Below, piece by piece: positions 15,621 to 24,633 of a DNA stretch of 32,000 nucleotides. How positions within the stretch are numbered: position 1 is the stretch's first letter; the number at the start of each line of letters is the position of its first letter. The stretch is taken from contig NZ_CP008796.1 in assembly GCF_000734015.1 (NCBI RefSeq), forward strand, positions 360,001 to 392,000, given 5' to 3'. Position numbers and translations under genes: made by a program. The notes beneath the pieces were generated by a model. That model was not told the DNA's origin. It did no database searches and saw only the letters and a list, made by a program, of their open reading frames with translations. Source of the DNA: Thermodesulfobacterium commune DSM 2178 (GTDB lineage: Bacteria; Desulfobacterota; Thermodesulfobacteria; Thermodesulfobacteriales; Thermodesulfobacteriaceae).

Positions 15621-17930
15621 GTGAAAAGAGAGTACCTTGAGCTACAACAAGTTTCAACCCATAATCTCAAAGGGTTTGACCTTAAAATTCCATTAAACGC
15701 TTTAGTCCTCATAACTGGACCTTCAGGCTCTGGAAAGAGTTCTCTTGCTATAGATACTATCGCCCAAGAAGGAAAAAATCGACTTTTAAAGATTTTGAAT
15801 TATGATAAAGAATTTTACGTAACTACTTCTTATCAAGCTACTTTTTCTTCTTCTATGCCTCCTGTTTTTGCATTGGCTCAGGGTGTAAGAAATTGGTTTC
15901 CCTATAAAACCGTGGGAGAGTTTTTAGGATTGGTTAAGGTTTTAGAGGTTTTATTTTTACTTGAAGGAGAGGTTTTTTGTGCTTCCTGTGGGGCTTTTAA
16001 CCGGGTACATTCTATCTCCCAGGTTATTTCTTGGTATGAAACCTTAAAAGAAGGAACTAAATTTTATTTTTTAGTTCCACTTTTAGAAATTACTCCTAAA
16101 GCCATCGAATATTTAGTTTCTCAGGGTTTTGTAAAATATCTTATAGATGACAGAGAAATAGACCTCTCAGAAGAACAACTGCCTCAAAGTTTTAAAGAAG
16201 TTTTTTTGATTTTAGATAGGATGGTTAAAGAAGGGAAGGGTAGAGATAGGTTGGTTGAAAACTTAAGAATTAGCTTTTCCCTTAGTAACGGAAGATTTTT
16301 CTTAAAAACTACCGAAGGTCTTCAAGCTCAGTTTAGTTTAAGGCCTGTTTGTTTTCGTTGCGGTAGCATTCTACCGGTAGGTTGGTCTTATTGTAAAACC
16401 TGCGGAGGTAGAGGTTATAAACAAAAGGTAGCCTGTGACACTTGTGATGGATTAAAGTTAAGAGAAGAAGTTTTAAAAAGCAGGATAGGAGATTTTAGTA
16501 TAGAAGAAATCTTAAGGTTAGACCTTAAAAATTTTAAGGAGTTTTTGTCAAGGTTTTCAGAGATAAAAGGTTTAGACACGTTCATAAAGTCTTTACTATA
16601 TAAGTTAGAACAGGCTGAATTTTTGGAAATAGCTTATCTTAGCCTTTCTACTCCTGTGTTTAAGCTTTCTGTAGGGGAGAAGAAGCTGATAGAGGTTTTG
16701 CAGGTTTTAACCGCAGATCTCACTCACTGTCTTTTTATCCTTGATGAACCTACGTTAGGGCTTGAAGTAGAACAGCGGGTTAAAGTGTTAGAATTTTTGA
16801 AAAATCTTGTTAAAAAAGGAAATTCATTGTTAGTCGTAGAACATGATCCTTTTTTTATCTATGAAGCTGATTTTATCATCGAGTTAGGTTTTGAGGGAGG
16901 AGAGAAAGGGGGATACTTAGTAAAAGCAGATTTTAATCCTTTGTATTTTGAAAAAAATTGCACCTTAACGTCAGCTTATTTTTCAGGAGAAAAAAGGATT
17001 GTCAAGAAAGAAAAGACAAGAGAAACTGAGATACTTGAGTTCTCCTTACCTTTGGGTCGGGTTAAGATTCTTTCTAACCGGATAAATCTCATTTACGGAA
17101 GGCCTGGGAGTGGTAAAACCAAAGTGTTTCACCAACTTTTCGAGTTTTTAGTCAATCAGGATAAACAGGTGGTTTTCAGTGATCTCTCAGTTTTTAGAAG
17201 AAAAGAGGATTGGGTTATCCAGTATCTAAACCTTTGGGACTTGTTAAGAGAAGTTTTGTCTCAACTTCCTTCGGCAAGGGTAAAAGGTCTTACCAAAAAA
17301 CATTTTAGTTTCACTTCCAAAGAAGGAGTTTGTGTAGGTTGTAAGGGTAAAGGAAAAAAAATTTACAAAGAAGAAGAAACTGTGATAGAAGTTTTGTGTG
17401 AAGAATGTTTGGGTAAAAGATTAAGTTTAGAGGTATTAAACTTAGAATACAAAGGTTTTAAAATTTTTGAAGTTTTAGATTTTACTATAGAAGAGGCCTT
17501 TCAGGTTTTTTCAAACCTACCTAAGGTAAAAGAAAAGTTGATGCATCTAATAGACATCGGACTAGGGTATCTAAAACTTTCTCAAGAAGTTCAGACCCTT
17601 TCTGGAGGAGAAAAAAGTAGGCTTTCTTTAATAAAAAATTTAACTGAAAAAAAACAGGTGGAATATGTTTTTTTAGAGTTTCCCTTCGAAGGGTTACATT
17701 TAGAAGATATAAACAGACTTCATCAGTGGATAGAAAAAATGGTTGCAAAACCTATGACTTTTATTATCTTAGAGACAAACCCTTTAGCTTTATTTTTGGC
17801 TGATTTTTTAACAGAGGTTAAACACCAGAAGATAATTTTTCAAGGTTTTTTTGAGGACTGGCTAAAGGCTCAACCTGAAACACTTAAAGAAAAATTTGCG
17901 TTTTATCAACGGTTTGTGGCTAAATTTTAG
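15621..17930 (+). CDS. UvrA-like ABC ATPase paralog. It is shortened to 769 aa and its second nucleotide-binding site is degenerate.
   Basis: GTG start immediately after the polX TAG, with AGAGG 12 nt upstream. NBD-I has GPSGSGKSSLAIDT, LSVGEKK, LFILDEPTLGL, VVEHD. Zinc modules are CASC...CFRC..CKTC..CDTC and CVGC...CEEC. NBD-II has GRPGSGKT and LSGGEKSRLSL, but its Walker B reads VFLEFPFEGLH and its H-loop IILETN. Confidence 0.8.
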   Translation: MKREYLELQQVSTHNLKGFDLKIPLNALVLITGPSGSGKSSLAIDTIAQEGKNRLLKILNYDKEFYVTTSYQATFSSSMPPVFALAQGVRNWFPYKTVGEFLGLVKVLEVLFLLEGEVFCASCGAFNRVHSISQVISWYETLKEGTKFYFLVPLLEITPKAIEYLVSQGFVKYLIDDREIDLSEEQLPQSFKEVFLILDRMVKEGKGRDRLVENLRISFSLSNGRFFLKTTEGLQAQFSLRPVCFRCGSILPVGWSYCKTCGGRGYKQKVACDTCDGLKLREEVLKSRIGDFSIEEILRLDLKNFKEFLSRFSEIKGLDTFIKSLLYKLEQAEFLEIAYLSLSTPVFKLSVGEKKLIEVLQVLTADLTHCLFILDEPTLGLEVEQRVKVLEFLKNLVKKGNSLLVVEHDPFFIYEADFIIELGFEGGEKGGYLVKADFNPLYFEKNCTLTSAYFSGEKRIVKKEKTRETEILEFSLPLGRVKILSNRINLIYGRPGSGKTKVFHQLFEFLVNQDKQVVFSDLSVFRRKEDWVIQYLNLWDLLREVLSQLPSARVKGLTKKHFSFTSKEGVCVGCKGKGKKIYKEEETVIEVLCEECLGKRLSLEVLNLEYKGFKIFEVLDFTIEEAFQVFSNLPKVKEKLMHLIDIGLGYLKLSQEVQTLSGGEKSRLSLIKNLTEKKQVEYVFLEFPFEGLHLEDINRLHQWIEKMVAKPMTFIILETNPLALFLADFLTEVKHQKIIFQGFFEDWLKAQPETLKEKFAFYQRFVAKF

Positions 17931-17947
17931 AAAGAGGGAGGTTTTTT

Positions 17948-18946
17948 ATGGATGTAAGAGTAGGAGGTATTTTATTAGGTCTCTTGTTGGTTTTGGGAGA
18001 GTATTTTGGTTCTCCTTGGGGTATTACTAACCAATCTTTTCTTAATTTATTTGTTCTCTGGTTAGGAGCTTTTTTTTCTGCCAATCTTTTTAAAGAGTGT
18101 GGCTTAAGAATACCGGCTAATCAAGAATGGACTAAAAGCCTGATTGCTGGTGTTTTAATGGGTATAGGAGCATTTTTAGCAGCAGGAGACAACGTTACCG
18201 CTTTTTTAATGCCCTTTATTAACCTTTCTGCAGGTTCTTTGGTGGTACTGGTTGGTTTATGGATAGGAGGGTTGATGGGTATAAAATATCAGCTAAAAGA
18301 GTTAGAAAAAAAACAGCAAGTTAAAGCAATACAAGTAAAATTTCCCAAGTTAAATCCTCTGTTGGCTTTGTTAAGCTTTGGGGTTTTAGTTTGGTTGTGC
18401 TTTAAGTCATGGGTCTTTGTTTTTTGGGCAGCCATAGGAATGGTTCTACAGAAAAGCAACTGGTGTATGGTGAATACGCTAAAAGAACCCTTCTTTTCAG
18501 AAAAAAACATAAATACCCAAAGTGTGGTTTTAACCTTAGGATTAGCGGTTTTAGGTATATGGGGACTCAAGTTTTACCAGGTATTAGAACCCTATACCTA
18601 TGTTTTACCAAATTTTGGAGTGATAGGTTTTATCGGTGGGATAATCTTTGGGTTAGGGATGTTGCTAGGAGGATCTTGTGGAGCAAGTCTCTTTGCGAAA
18701 TCAGGAGAGGGGGACCTTAAATCTTTTATTACTTTAGGAGTTTTACTAAGCTGTTATAAAGTTTTAAACTCAACCATTTCTCTTTCTTTCTTACAAGAAG
18801 GGCTAAAAAATCTAAACATTTATCTGCCAGATTATTTTGGTTATCCAGGGGCTCTTTTAATTTCATTGGTTGTGTTAGGTCTTTGGTTGACTTTGAGTTG
18901 GTGGAATGTTAAAACCAAGAAGTTGTTAAAGCGTTATTATCTTTGA
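17948..18946 (+). CDS. Polytopic membrane protein, YeeE/YedE-like (putative sulfur- or selenium-compound transporter family)
   Basis: 332 aa, about 8-10 hydrophobic segments and an internal two-fold repeat. NWCMVNTLKEP and GGSCGASLFAKSGEG resemble the RFCLTGGFR and AGGCATGTWYRAGEG motifs of E. coli YeeE as I recall them. The RBS GGGAGG precedes the ATG. Confidence 0.55.
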   Translation: MDVRVGGILLGLLLVLGEYFGSPWGITNQSFLNLFVLWLGAFFSANLFKECGLRIPANQEWTKSLIAGVLMGIGAFLAAGDNVTAFLMPFINLSAGSLVVLVGLWIGGLMGIKYQLKELEKKQQVKAIQVKFPKLNPLLALLSFGVLVWLCFKSWVFVFWAAIGMVLQKSNWCMVNTLKEPFFSEKNINTQSVVLTLGLAVLGIWGLKFYQVLEPYTYVLPNFGVIGFIGGIIFGLGMLLGGSCGASLFAKSGEGDLKSFITLGVLLSCYKVLNSTISLSFLQEGLKNLNIYLPDYFGYPGALLISLVVLGLWLTLSWWNVKTKKLLKRYYL

Positions 18947-18991
18947 GGTGGTTTATTTTAACTTTAGTAGTTTTATCAAGGTATAAGCAAG

Positions 18992-19042
18992 AAAAACAGC
19001 CCCTGATATCCTTATCACCCATAAATACCAGGGGCTGTTTTT
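18992..19042. terminator. Bidirectional intrinsic terminator between the convergent YeeE-like and hpt genes
   Basis: 14-bp perfect inverted repeat aaaaacagcccctg (18992-19005) / caggggctgttttt (19029-19042). A GC-rich core is flanked by an A-run and a T-run, so either strand reads stem plus U-tract. The loop is unusually long at 23 nt. Confidence 0.7.
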
Positions 19043-19067
19043 AAGATAATTCCAGATAAATTGCTTT

Positions 19068-19601
19068 TTATTCATCTTTTACTACCTCATAAACCTCAGA
19101 GAGATGTCTGTAGCGTTCAGCAAAGTCTAAACCATATCCTACTAAAAACCCTTTTTCTACTTCAAAACCGATGTAATCTACCGGCACATCTACTTCTCTT
19201 CTTTCTTTTTTGTTGATGAGAGCACACACTTTAAGGGTTTTAGGGTTTAACTCTTTAATCCTTTCATACAAAAATTTCAAGGTAAGTCCGGTATCAACAA
19301 TGTCTTCTACGATAATTACGTTTTTGCCCTCTACAGGTAATTCTAAATCTTTTACCAATTCAACATTTCCAGAAGATTTATCAGAAAGTCCATAACTTTT
19401 AACCCGAACAAAATCAACCTCTACATTAGGATTTTTAATGTGCTTAACAAGGTCTGAAAGAAACATAAAAGCTCCTTTCAACGTACCTATGAATACTACC
19501 GGTTCTTCATTAAAATCATTATCAATTTTATTCGCTAACTCTTTTATTTTGTGTAAGATATCTTTTTCAGATATAACAAGTTTTTGTTGAGGTTTTTCCA
19601 T
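19068..19601 (-). CDS. hpt: Hypoxanthine(-guanine) phosphoribosyltransferase
   Basis: 177 aa. PRPP-binding motif VIIVEDIVDTGLTL and C-terminal GYGLDF..RYR.L. Confidence 0.9.
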   Translation of the reverse strand: MEKPQQKLVISEKDILHKIKELANKIDNDFNEEPVVFIGTLKGAFMFLSDLVKHIKNPNVEVDFVRVKSYGLSDKSSGNVELVKDLELPVEGKNVIIVEDIVDTGLTLKFLYERIKELNPKTLKVCALINKKERREVDVPVDYIGFEVEKGFLVGYGLDFAERYRHLSEVYEVVKDE

Positions 19602-19613
19602 GTTAGTCCCTCG

Positions 19614-22025
19614 TTATATGTCTAATTCTCTGTATTCTAAGGCGTGTTTGTAGATAAATTCTCTTCTTGGTTCTACGTTTTCTCCCATAAGGATAGAAAA
19701 AAGCTCATCTGCTTTTTCAGCATCTTTGATGGTTACTTGTTTTAAAACCCTTTTTTGAGGATCCATCGTGGTTTCCCATAACTGTTTTGAGTTCATCTCT
19801 CCTAATCCTTTATATCTCTGTACAAAAAGACCTTTTTTTCCCTCTTCTCTAAGATAAGAAAGGATTTCAGAAAGAGAGAAAAACCAGTTATCCCAAGACT
19901 TTTTTTCTCCTTTATACTCTATGTGAATTGTATGTCCCAGATTGGGTTTCAGGTTGGCAAATATTTTTAAAGCCTCCCGGTAGTCTCTTTCTAAGATTAG
20001 CTCTGGTCCCACCAAACAGGAAACTGTAGCTTCTTTTTCAGAGAAAACGAAAAATTCATAGTATTTTGGATTATAACTACTGGATTTTATCTTGGAAACT
20101 TTAAATCCCGCTTTTTGACAGTCTGTAGCTACCTGTTCTATCTTGGTTAGATCTTCAAAATAGGTAAGATTGTCAAAACCTGCCTGAAGTAGAATTAGTA
20201 CTACCTGAGGGGGATAGGTTTTTTTAAGTAGGTTAAAAAGCAGTCTATCAAGTTTAGCACAATTAAGGAAGAAAGATTTGAAATCCTTTAATAAAAAGGT
20301 TTGTTGATCTTTAGTAAAAGAGATCTTTACATTTTCTGCCAACCTATTCATGATATACTTATCTAACTCTTCGTCGTTTTTTAGGTAAACTTCTTTTTTG
20401 CCATCAACCACCCTATAAAGAGGAGGTTGAGCTATAAAAATCCAGCCTCTTTCTATCAACTCAAACATCTGTCTGTAAAAAAAGGTTAGTAAAAGGGTTC
20501 TTATATGAGATCCATCTACGTCAGCATCCGTCATGATGATTATTTTATGATATTTACATTTGTCTGGGTTAAAACTCTCAGGACCTATCCCAGTTCCTAA
20601 AGCTGCTATCAGACCTTTTATTTCTTCTGAAGAAAGCATTTTTTCTATGTTAGCTTTTTCTACATTAAGAATTTTTCCTTTTAAGGGAAGGATGGCTTGA
20701 AATCTTCTGTCTCTTGCCTGTTTGGCAGAACCCCCTGCAGAATCTCCCTCTACGATAAAAAGTTCTCTTTTTTCTGGATCTTTTTCTGAACAGTCAGCCA
20801 GTTTACCAGCTACGATGAAATCTTCTATTTCACTTTTTTTTCTCACAAGTTCTTTAGCCTTTCTTGAGGCCTCTCTTGCCTTGGCAGCTATTACCAGTTT
20901 TTGGATGATTTTTTTTGCTTCTCCCGGATTTTCTTCGAAAAATTTTAAGATTCCTTCATAAACTATTGATTCTACGATAGGTTTTACTTCGCTGTTTCCA
21001 AGCTTCATTTTGGTTTGTCCTTCAAACTGGGGATCAGGCACTTTAAGGGAGATTACGGCACAAAGTCCTTCTTTTACGTCCTCTCCTTCGATTTTTATCT
21101 TAAACTGCTTGGGAACTTTGTCATCTGAAATATAGCGATTTATGGCTTTAGTAAGGGCAGCTCTAAAACCTATAACATGTGTGCCGCCTTCTTTGGTAAA
21201 GATGTTGTTTACATAGCTGTAGATGGTCTCTGTATAGCCTGAGTTATATTGTAGCGCTACCTCTACTTTTATGTTTTCTTTTTCTCCTGCAATGTATATT
21301 ACTTTAGAATGAACAGGATTTTTTTTAGCGTTTAATGTCTTGACTAACTCTACGATACCTCCCTTATAGTGAAACTTTTCTGTATAACCTATTCTTTCAT
21401 CTACAAGATAAAGTTTTATGTCTGGGTTTAAATAGGCTAATTCCTTTATCCTTCTTTTTACTATATCTAAGTCAAATTCTAAATCTCCGAAGATTTCTTT
21501 ATCAGGCTTAAACCTAACTAAAGTCCCCCTTTTTTTGGTTTCTCCTACTACTTGTACAGGGCCGTCTGGAATCCCTCTTTTATAAGTTTGCCTGTAGATT
21601 TTTCCATCTCGATAAACCTCAGCTATCAACCATTCTGAAAGGGCATTTACTACTGAAACTCCTACTCCATGAAGTCCACCAGAGACTTTATAAACTCCGT
21701 GGTCAAATTTTGCTCCTGCATGAAGTCTCGTCATAACCAGTTCCAACCCTGAAACTTTTTCTTCTGGATGAATGTCTACAGGAATGCCTCTTCCGTTATC
21801 CTCTACACTGGCAGAACCGTCCTGATGGATCCTGATCCAGATTTCAGTAGCAAACCCTGCTAAGGCTTCGTCTATGGCGTTATCTAAGACTTCCCAAAGC
21901 AGATGATGAAATCCTGAAACATCGGTAGACCCTATATACATCGCAGGTCTTGTTCTAACACCTTCTAAACCTGATAAAACTTTAATACTTTGAGCTTTAT
22001 ACTGAATGTTTCTCTCTGTCTCCAT
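19614..22025 (-). CDS. gyrB: DNA gyrase subunit B (long form with the insertion in the Toprim/tail region)
   Basis: 803 aa. GHKL ATPase motifs (EVLDNAIDEA, GLHGVGVSVVNALS), QTKMKLGN, Toprim EGDSAGGSAKQARDR, PLKGKILNVEKA, MTDADVDGSHI, and C-terminal RYKGLGEM. Confidence 0.95.
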   Translation of the reverse strand: METERNIQYKAQSIKVLSGLEGVRTRPAMYIGSTDVSGFHHLLWEVLDNAIDEALAGFATEIWIRIHQDGSASVEDNGRGIPVDIHPEEKVSGLELVMTRLHAGAKFDHGVYKVSGGLHGVGVSVVNALSEWLIAEVYRDGKIYRQTYKRGIPDGPVQVVGETKKRGTLVRFKPDKEIFGDLEFDLDIVKRRIKELAYLNPDIKLYLVDERIGYTEKFHYKGGIVELVKTLNAKKNPVHSKVIYIAGEKENIKVEVALQYNSGYTETIYSYVNNIFTKEGGTHVIGFRAALTKAINRYISDDKVPKQFKIKIEGEDVKEGLCAVISLKVPDPQFEGQTKMKLGNSEVKPIVESIVYEGILKFFEENPGEAKKIIQKLVIAAKAREASRKAKELVRKKSEIEDFIVAGKLADCSEKDPEKRELFIVEGDSAGGSAKQARDRRFQAILPLKGKILNVEKANIEKMLSSEEIKGLIAALGTGIGPESFNPDKCKYHKIIIMTDADVDGSHIRTLLLTFFYRQMFELIERGWIFIAQPPLYRVVDGKKEVYLKNDEELDKYIMNRLAENVKISFTKDQQTFLLKDFKSFFLNCAKLDRLLFNLLKKTYPPQVVLILLQAGFDNLTYFEDLTKIEQVATDCQKAGFKVSKIKSSSYNPKYYEFFVFSEKEATVSCLVGPELILERDYREALKIFANLKPNLGHTIHIEYKGEKKSWDNWFFSLSEILSYLREEGKKGLFVQRYKGLGEMNSKQLWETTMDPQKRVLKQVTIKDAEKADELFSILMGENVEPRREFIYKHALEYRELDI

Positions 22026-22066
22026 AGCCTCTACAGCACCTTTAGATAATTTTTTTTAAGTTGAAA

Positions 22067-23182
22067 CTATAAAACCATAGGCATTAGTAAATACAAAAAC
22101 CCTTCGTCTCTATAACCGGTTAAAATAGCAGGGGTTTTCCCTACACCTATTTTCATCTCTACTTCTTCGGACTTCATTATTTGTAAGGCATCAAGTAGGT
22201 AGTCAGCGTTATAGTTAACCACCATAGGTTCTCCTTCATATTCTCCGGGGATCCTTATTTGAGCTTTACCCATTTCGGTTTCTTGTGAAGTAAGAATAAC
22301 CTCCTTAGGTAACAATTCTAAGGTTACAGGTTTAAAACGTTCGTTTACCACCAAAGAAACCCTTTTTAACGCATCTATAAAAAGTTTTCTGTCTATCCTT
22401 AAAATGTTTTGATACTCAGAGGGTATTACCATTCGGTAATCAGGATAAGGCCCTTCTATGGTTCTTGCAAAAAAGAGTGCCGTTGAGGTCCAAATAACTA
22501 CATAATTATTAGTAAATCCTAACCTTATCAAAAGCTCATCTTCGGCAATTTCTTCTATCTGTTTAGCTGCCTTTTTGGCTATGATAAAACCTTCTGGAAA
22601 GTTTTCTATCCCACTAACCTCTCTGTCTAAAAGGGCTAATCTGTGCCCATCTGAGGATACAGCCCTAAGTTTACCTTCCTCTTTTAGAGGTTCTAAATAA
22701 ATTCCAGCTAAAACAAACCGCGTATCCTCTTTAGAAGTACAGAAAGCTGTAGTGTCGATAAGTTCTGCTAAGGTTTTTCCAGGGATCTCTACTGAGTGTT
22801 CTTCTCCAAACTCTGGTAAACTTGGAAAGTCTTCCCCATCCATGATGCTAAGATTGTATAAAATTTTTTCTTCTTCATCTTTTATAACCAGTTTGTTTTC
22901 ATCTTTTATAAAGTAAAGGGTGTCTTCCGGAAAATTTTTCACTATTTCGTATAATTTTTTAGCTGAAACACAGAAGGGAGCTGAAACCCCTTCTATTTCA
23001 GCAAAAACTTTACCTTTATACCCTATCTCAAGGTCAGTAGCCGTAAAATAAAGGGTGCTTTCTTCTAAGTTTGGTTCTATTAAAACCATAGAAAGTACTG
23101 CCATTGAAGCCTTTTTATCTGATACTTTTTCTATGTTTTTGAGGACTTTTTCTAACCTGGAGGTATCTATTTTCGCCTGCAT
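22067..23182 (-). CDS. dnaN: DNA polymerase III beta sliding clamp
   Basis: 371 aa with three-domain beta-clamp length and pattern, and a C-terminal ...YLLMPMVL end. Lies immediately upstream of gyrB. RBS AGGGGG is 5 nt before the ATG. Confidence 0.88.
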   Translation of the reverse strand: MQAKIDTSRLEKVLKNIEKVSDKKASMAVLSMVLIEPNLEESTLYFTATDLEIGYKGKVFAEIEGVSAPFCVSAKKLYEIVKNFPEDTLYFIKDENKLVIKDEEEKILYNLSIMDGEDFPSLPEFGEEHSVEIPGKTLAELIDTTAFCTSKEDTRFVLAGIYLEPLKEEGKLRAVSSDGHRLALLDREVSGIENFPEGFIIAKKAAKQIEEIAEDELLIRLGFTNNYVVIWTSTALFFARTIEGPYPDYRMVIPSEYQNILRIDRKLFIDALKRVSLVVNERFKPVTLELLPKEVILTSQETEMGKAQIRIPGEYEGEPMVVNYNADYLLDALQIMKSEEVEMKIGVGKTPAILTGYRDEGFLYLLMPMVL

Positions 23183-23210
23183 ATATGCCCCCTGCTACCA
23201 GTTTGGTCTT

Positions 23211-23219
23211 ATTATAACA
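23211..23219 (-). promoter_or_regulatory. Candidate extended -10 promoter element for dnaN
   Basis: The minus strand reads TGtTATAAT about 28 nt upstream of the dnaN ATG. The -35 (actgca) is poor. Confidence 0.3.
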
Positions 23220-23242
23220 TAAATTTAGTGATTTGCAGTTGT

Positions 23243-24625
23243 TTAAGAAAAACGTCTTAAGATTTCTCTTGCTACTATCACTCCTGATACTGAAGCTTGA
23301 ATTAACCCTCTGGTGATTCCTGCTCCATCCCCTGCAGCAAAGAGATTCCTAATTTCTGTTTCTAAAACAGGGCTTAGATTTATCCTTAGGCTATAAAACT
23401 TAACTTCTACTCCGTAAAGCAGCGTATAGGGAGAGGCTATACCTGGTATAACTTGATCAAGTGCTTCTAACATTTCTAAAATATTTACCAGATATCGATA
23501 AGGCAGTACAAAACTTAAGTCTCCAGGGGTTGCGCTTTTTAAGGTAGGTTGTACTAAATTTTTAGCTATCCTTTTTTCGTTTGACCTTCTACCTCTTTTT
23601 ATATCTCCTAATCGCTGGACCAAGACCCCATTTCCTAAAAAATTGGCCAATTTAGCGATGTTTTTTCCATATAAGACAGGTTCTTTAAAAGGTTCGGTAA
23701 AATATGTGCTGCAAAGGATAGCAAAGTTGGTGTTTTCTGTTTTTTGATTAGCATAACTATGTCCGTTTACCGTCCATATACCGTCTATGTTTTCCATAAC
23801 CACTTCCCCATAAGGATTTACACAAAAAGTTCTTACTTTATCATCAAAAGTTTTTGAGAAATAGACAAACTTAGGCTCATAAACTTTGGACGTAAGGTCT
23901 TCCATTATAGCAGCAGGAACTTCTACCCTTACTCCAATATCTACAGGATTGATAGTTGTAGATAGTTTAAGTCTTTTACATTCCTTTTGCACCCATTCAT
24001 TACCAGACCTACCAGGAGCTATAACCACAAAAGAAGCGAGAATCTCTTTTCCGTCTTTTAATCTTACCCCATTTACCTGGTTTTTAGAAACAAGAATTTC
24101 TTCCACCTCAGTTTCAAAAAGAAGCTCTACTTTATCTTTTAGGTAGTTTTGTAGGTGAGTTAACACCTCTCTACATTTTTCAGTACCTATATGTCTTATT
24201 TTAGAAGGGATAAAAAGAAGCCCATTTTTGGTAGCCTCAGTAGTAATTTTTTTGATGGTTATCTCATCAGGAGCATAAAGTGTTTCAGGTGCACCAAAAC
24301 TAAGATAGATTTTGTCTACATAATCTATCAAGGCTGAAAGTTCATTAGGGTCTAAATATTCGTTTAGAAATCCGCCTATTTCTCTCGAAAGATTAAGTTT
24401 TCCATCACTAAAAGCCCCGGCTCCTCCCCATCCGCTTATAATGTTACAAGGGATACACTTTGCACATTTTCCTACTTTAAGGGTAGGGCACTTTCTTTTT
24501 TCTATACTTTTTCCTTTTTCTATGATAAGGATCTTTAGATTTTCGTTTTTTGAAAGCTCTAAAGCCGTAAAAATCCCTGCCGGTCCAGCTCCAACAATCA
24601 CCACATCATATTTTTTTTGTTTCAT
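23243..24625 (-). CDS. FAD-dependent oxidoreductase of unknown physiological role (COG2509-type NAD(FAD)-utilizing dehydrogenase)
   Basis: 460 aa. N-terminal dinucleotide fold YDVVIVGAGPAGIF, a Cys-rich segment KCPTLKVGKCAKCIPC, GWGGAGAFSDGKL, and C-terminal AAGDGAG. Confidence 0.75.
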   Translation of the reverse strand: MKQKKYDVVIVGAGPAGIFTALELSKNENLKILIIEKGKSIEKRKCPTLKVGKCAKCIPCNIISGWGGAGAFSDGKLNLSREIGGFLNEYLDPNELSALIDYVDKIYLSFGAPETLYAPDEITIKKITTEATKNGLLFIPSKIRHIGTEKCREVLTHLQNYLKDKVELLFETEVEEILVSKNQVNGVRLKDGKEILASFVVIAPGRSGNEWVQKECKRLKLSTTINPVDIGVRVEVPAAIMEDLTSKVYEPKFVYFSKTFDDKVRTFCVNPYGEVVMENIDGIWTVNGHSYANQKTENTNFAILCSTYFTEPFKEPVLYGKNIAKLANFLGNGVLVQRLGDIKRGRRSNEKRIAKNLVQPTLKSATPGDLSFVLPYRYLVNILEMLEALDQVIPGIASPYTLLYGVEVKFYSLRINLSPVLETEIRNLFAAGDGAGITRGLIQASVSGVIVAREILRRFS

Positions 24626-24633
24626 ATTAAAAA

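Noticed and set aside
19614-22025. GyrB is about 160 aa longer than the short-type GyrB, so I considered an intein or a mobile insertion.
   Set aside because: The extra segment (about aa 560-730) sits where the known long-form (E. coli-type) GyrB insertion lies. It has no intein splice-junction signatures (no Cys/Ser...His-Asn-Cys/Ser/Thr boundaries) and no endonuclease motifs.
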